Assembly: GCF_009914755.1 (NCBI RefSeq)
Contig: NC_060938.1
Origin: the human T2T-CHM13v2.0 reference genome, Homo sapiens
Direction: 5' to 3' (one strand)
DNA length: 64,000 bases
Both the position numbers and the translations under genes were made by a program. Every line of letters starts with the position of its first letter. Position 1 is the first letter of the stretch. Below the pieces are notes generated by a model. That model was given only the letters and a program-made list of their open reading frames with translations, made no database searches and had not been told where the DNA came from. This document shows positions 60,030 to 64,000 of the stretch, piece after piece.

Positions 60030-61425
60030 GTTAATTCCTACCCCCTGCCAACAATAAAAGTCCAATATCATTATTCTGCCACCAGGTGGCTGGCCAGTGA
60101 TACTGATTTATGGTGACATAGCAGGGCTCAGTGTTAATCTCTGATGTTGGCAAAGTAGACACACAGCAGTGAAAGAAGCCATATCCCACATATATAATTT
60201 TCATCCTTCCCACCACACTTTCAATAAGCTCACTGAGCAATCACTGGAGTGGCCAAGGAAAGTGGCTGCTGACTTACATCCCTGAACTGGCCATCTGGTC
60301 CATCCTTTGCCATCTGATTGAGAAAGTCCTTAGTTTTGAGGGCCATTGGTGAGCATTCATAAGGCACCAATACTGACACACTCTGGACCTAAGGTGGGGA
60401 AATGGGAGTGGTTCAACAGGTGCAGGTGATAAGAAGTGCATTGTTGGCAGATAATTTAAATAATAATAATAATAATGGCAACTACGATTTAATCTTCTTC
60501 TTCTTAGCACCATCTGCTAGCAATTCCAAACAATGCCAGTTCACAATACTCCCTCTCAAAAAACTTTCTGCTGGTCTAAGTTCTAAAAAGTTGCTTGTAC
60601 CTGGGGCAAGCCACTCCTACCACCCACCCTTGGTATAACAGAGGTTTCCATCCACTTACCCTGCCCCTAGATCCTCTCATTATCAATCCTCAGTATTGTT
60701 CTTCTCTAGTCCCTGATGACCCAGACAAGTATTAGCCACTGATTATAAGTCATTTTAGACTCGTAATGCAGGACAACTTTCTTTCCAGGATATGTGAAGA
60801 AAAGATATTCCACATATAATTCTGCCTATTACAGAGAGGATTTCTCTTCATCATTGTCCTTGTCATCACACACAATTGAGGTTAATGAGAACAGTCTGCA
60901 TATAGCACAGTATCACCTAAAAATCAAGTTTAATGTTTTGCTTCTTTAATCAACTGGTCATAGGGTACTCCTCCCACCCATGAAGCTATGTAAGCAGGTA
61001 GAAGGTGATGTGGCTATGCATCAACAGTAGGAACACTGAGAATGTGAGCCGCTTGCTCACACAACTCACTGGTACATTTAAGGCCTGCTTAAACTCAGTC
61101 TTATGTCACTTGCTTAGCCTTGTTGAGTAAGTGCTGCTAGGCAACCCAATTTTATGACTTGATAAGTAAGATAATACCCATTCATGATAGGCAGTCTTGC
61201 AGCAAACTAGATAGAACCCACATCTAGGATAGGAGCTGATTGGAGTTACTATTACTACCTAACTAATTTTACAATAATCGACTGATATTCTCCAAAATTA
61301 CTTGTTATTACTAGGTAACTTGTCATGAAGATAGGAGGATTCACCACTCCTTTGTCTTTCAACTTTGTGATGATGTTAATAATTTCTGCAATACCTCCAG
61401 GTATAAAGTATTGCTTCTGATGTAT
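60030..61425 (-). mobile_element. ERVL-class pol relic (RT start to integrase, heavily deleted)
   Basis: Minus-strand QKQYFIPGGIAEI..I..LKDKGVV (ERVL RT N-terminus, ~61330-61420) and C..CQ.QR.TLSP...PATWWQ..DIG (integrase, ~60050-60160). Confidence 0.8.
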
Positions 61426-61897
61426 TGTTCATCTGTGTTCTTGAAGTTATTTGCATAAAATTGTTCATACTACCCCTTTACTATCCTTTTAATGCCTCTA
61501 GGATCAGTAGTGATGACCTCTCTTTCATTCCTGACAACTGTGACTTGTACATTCTCTTTTTTCTCTGTCTTACTATATTTTAATCAATTTTATTAACATT
61601 TTCAAAGAACAAACTTTTGACTTTGTTACTTTTCTCTATTTTCTGTCCCTTTTCTATGTAAATTGCTTTTCATACTTGTATGTATCATTTTCATATTTCT
61701 TCTTAATTTTGGTTCAATTTCCTCCTTTTTCTGTCATCTTCAAGTAGAAGTGTAGATCATTTATTTTAAGCATTTTTTCTAAAATAAACACTTAAAAGTA
61801 TAAATGTCCTTCTATGCACTGCTTTAGCTGTTTCCTACAAATATGAAATACCTTCATTATCATGTAGTTCAAAATACCTTTTTCTCAAGTTGAGAAT

Positions 61898-64000
<2,103 letters not shown>

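Overview
Primate (almost certainly human) intergenic DNA with no intact protein-coding gene. It contains one processed pseudogene of mitochondrial ATP synthase gamma (ATP5F1C/ATP5C1 retrocopy, minus strand, ~25142-26225). From memory, unverified, this retrocopy (ATP5F1CP1) lies on 14q22 in the gene-poor region 5' of BMP4. Most of the rest is interspersed repeat: about 20 Alus or Alu monomers, MIR/L2, MLT1/MST LTRs, a complete LTR-int-LTR THE1 element, DNA-transposon relics, two young L1PA pieces, an ERVL pol relic and a multi-layer nested L1 stack at 43-60 kb. Nearly all ORFs in the track are Alu/L1/LTR artefacts. The most interesting signals are: (1) repeat-free, motif-dense candidate developmental enhancers at 13.2-14.1, 32.3-32.6 and 33.3-33.7 kb; (2) a ~120-bp local inverted duplication with fold-back palindromes at 28.9-31.1 kb; (3) an unidentified ~1.1-kb insert splitting an ancient L1 at 45.1-46.2 kb; (4) the tail-less structure of the pseudogene. 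I cannot support a wholly new biological system from sequence alone. Repeat subfamily names are by-eye calls against remembered consensus sequences.
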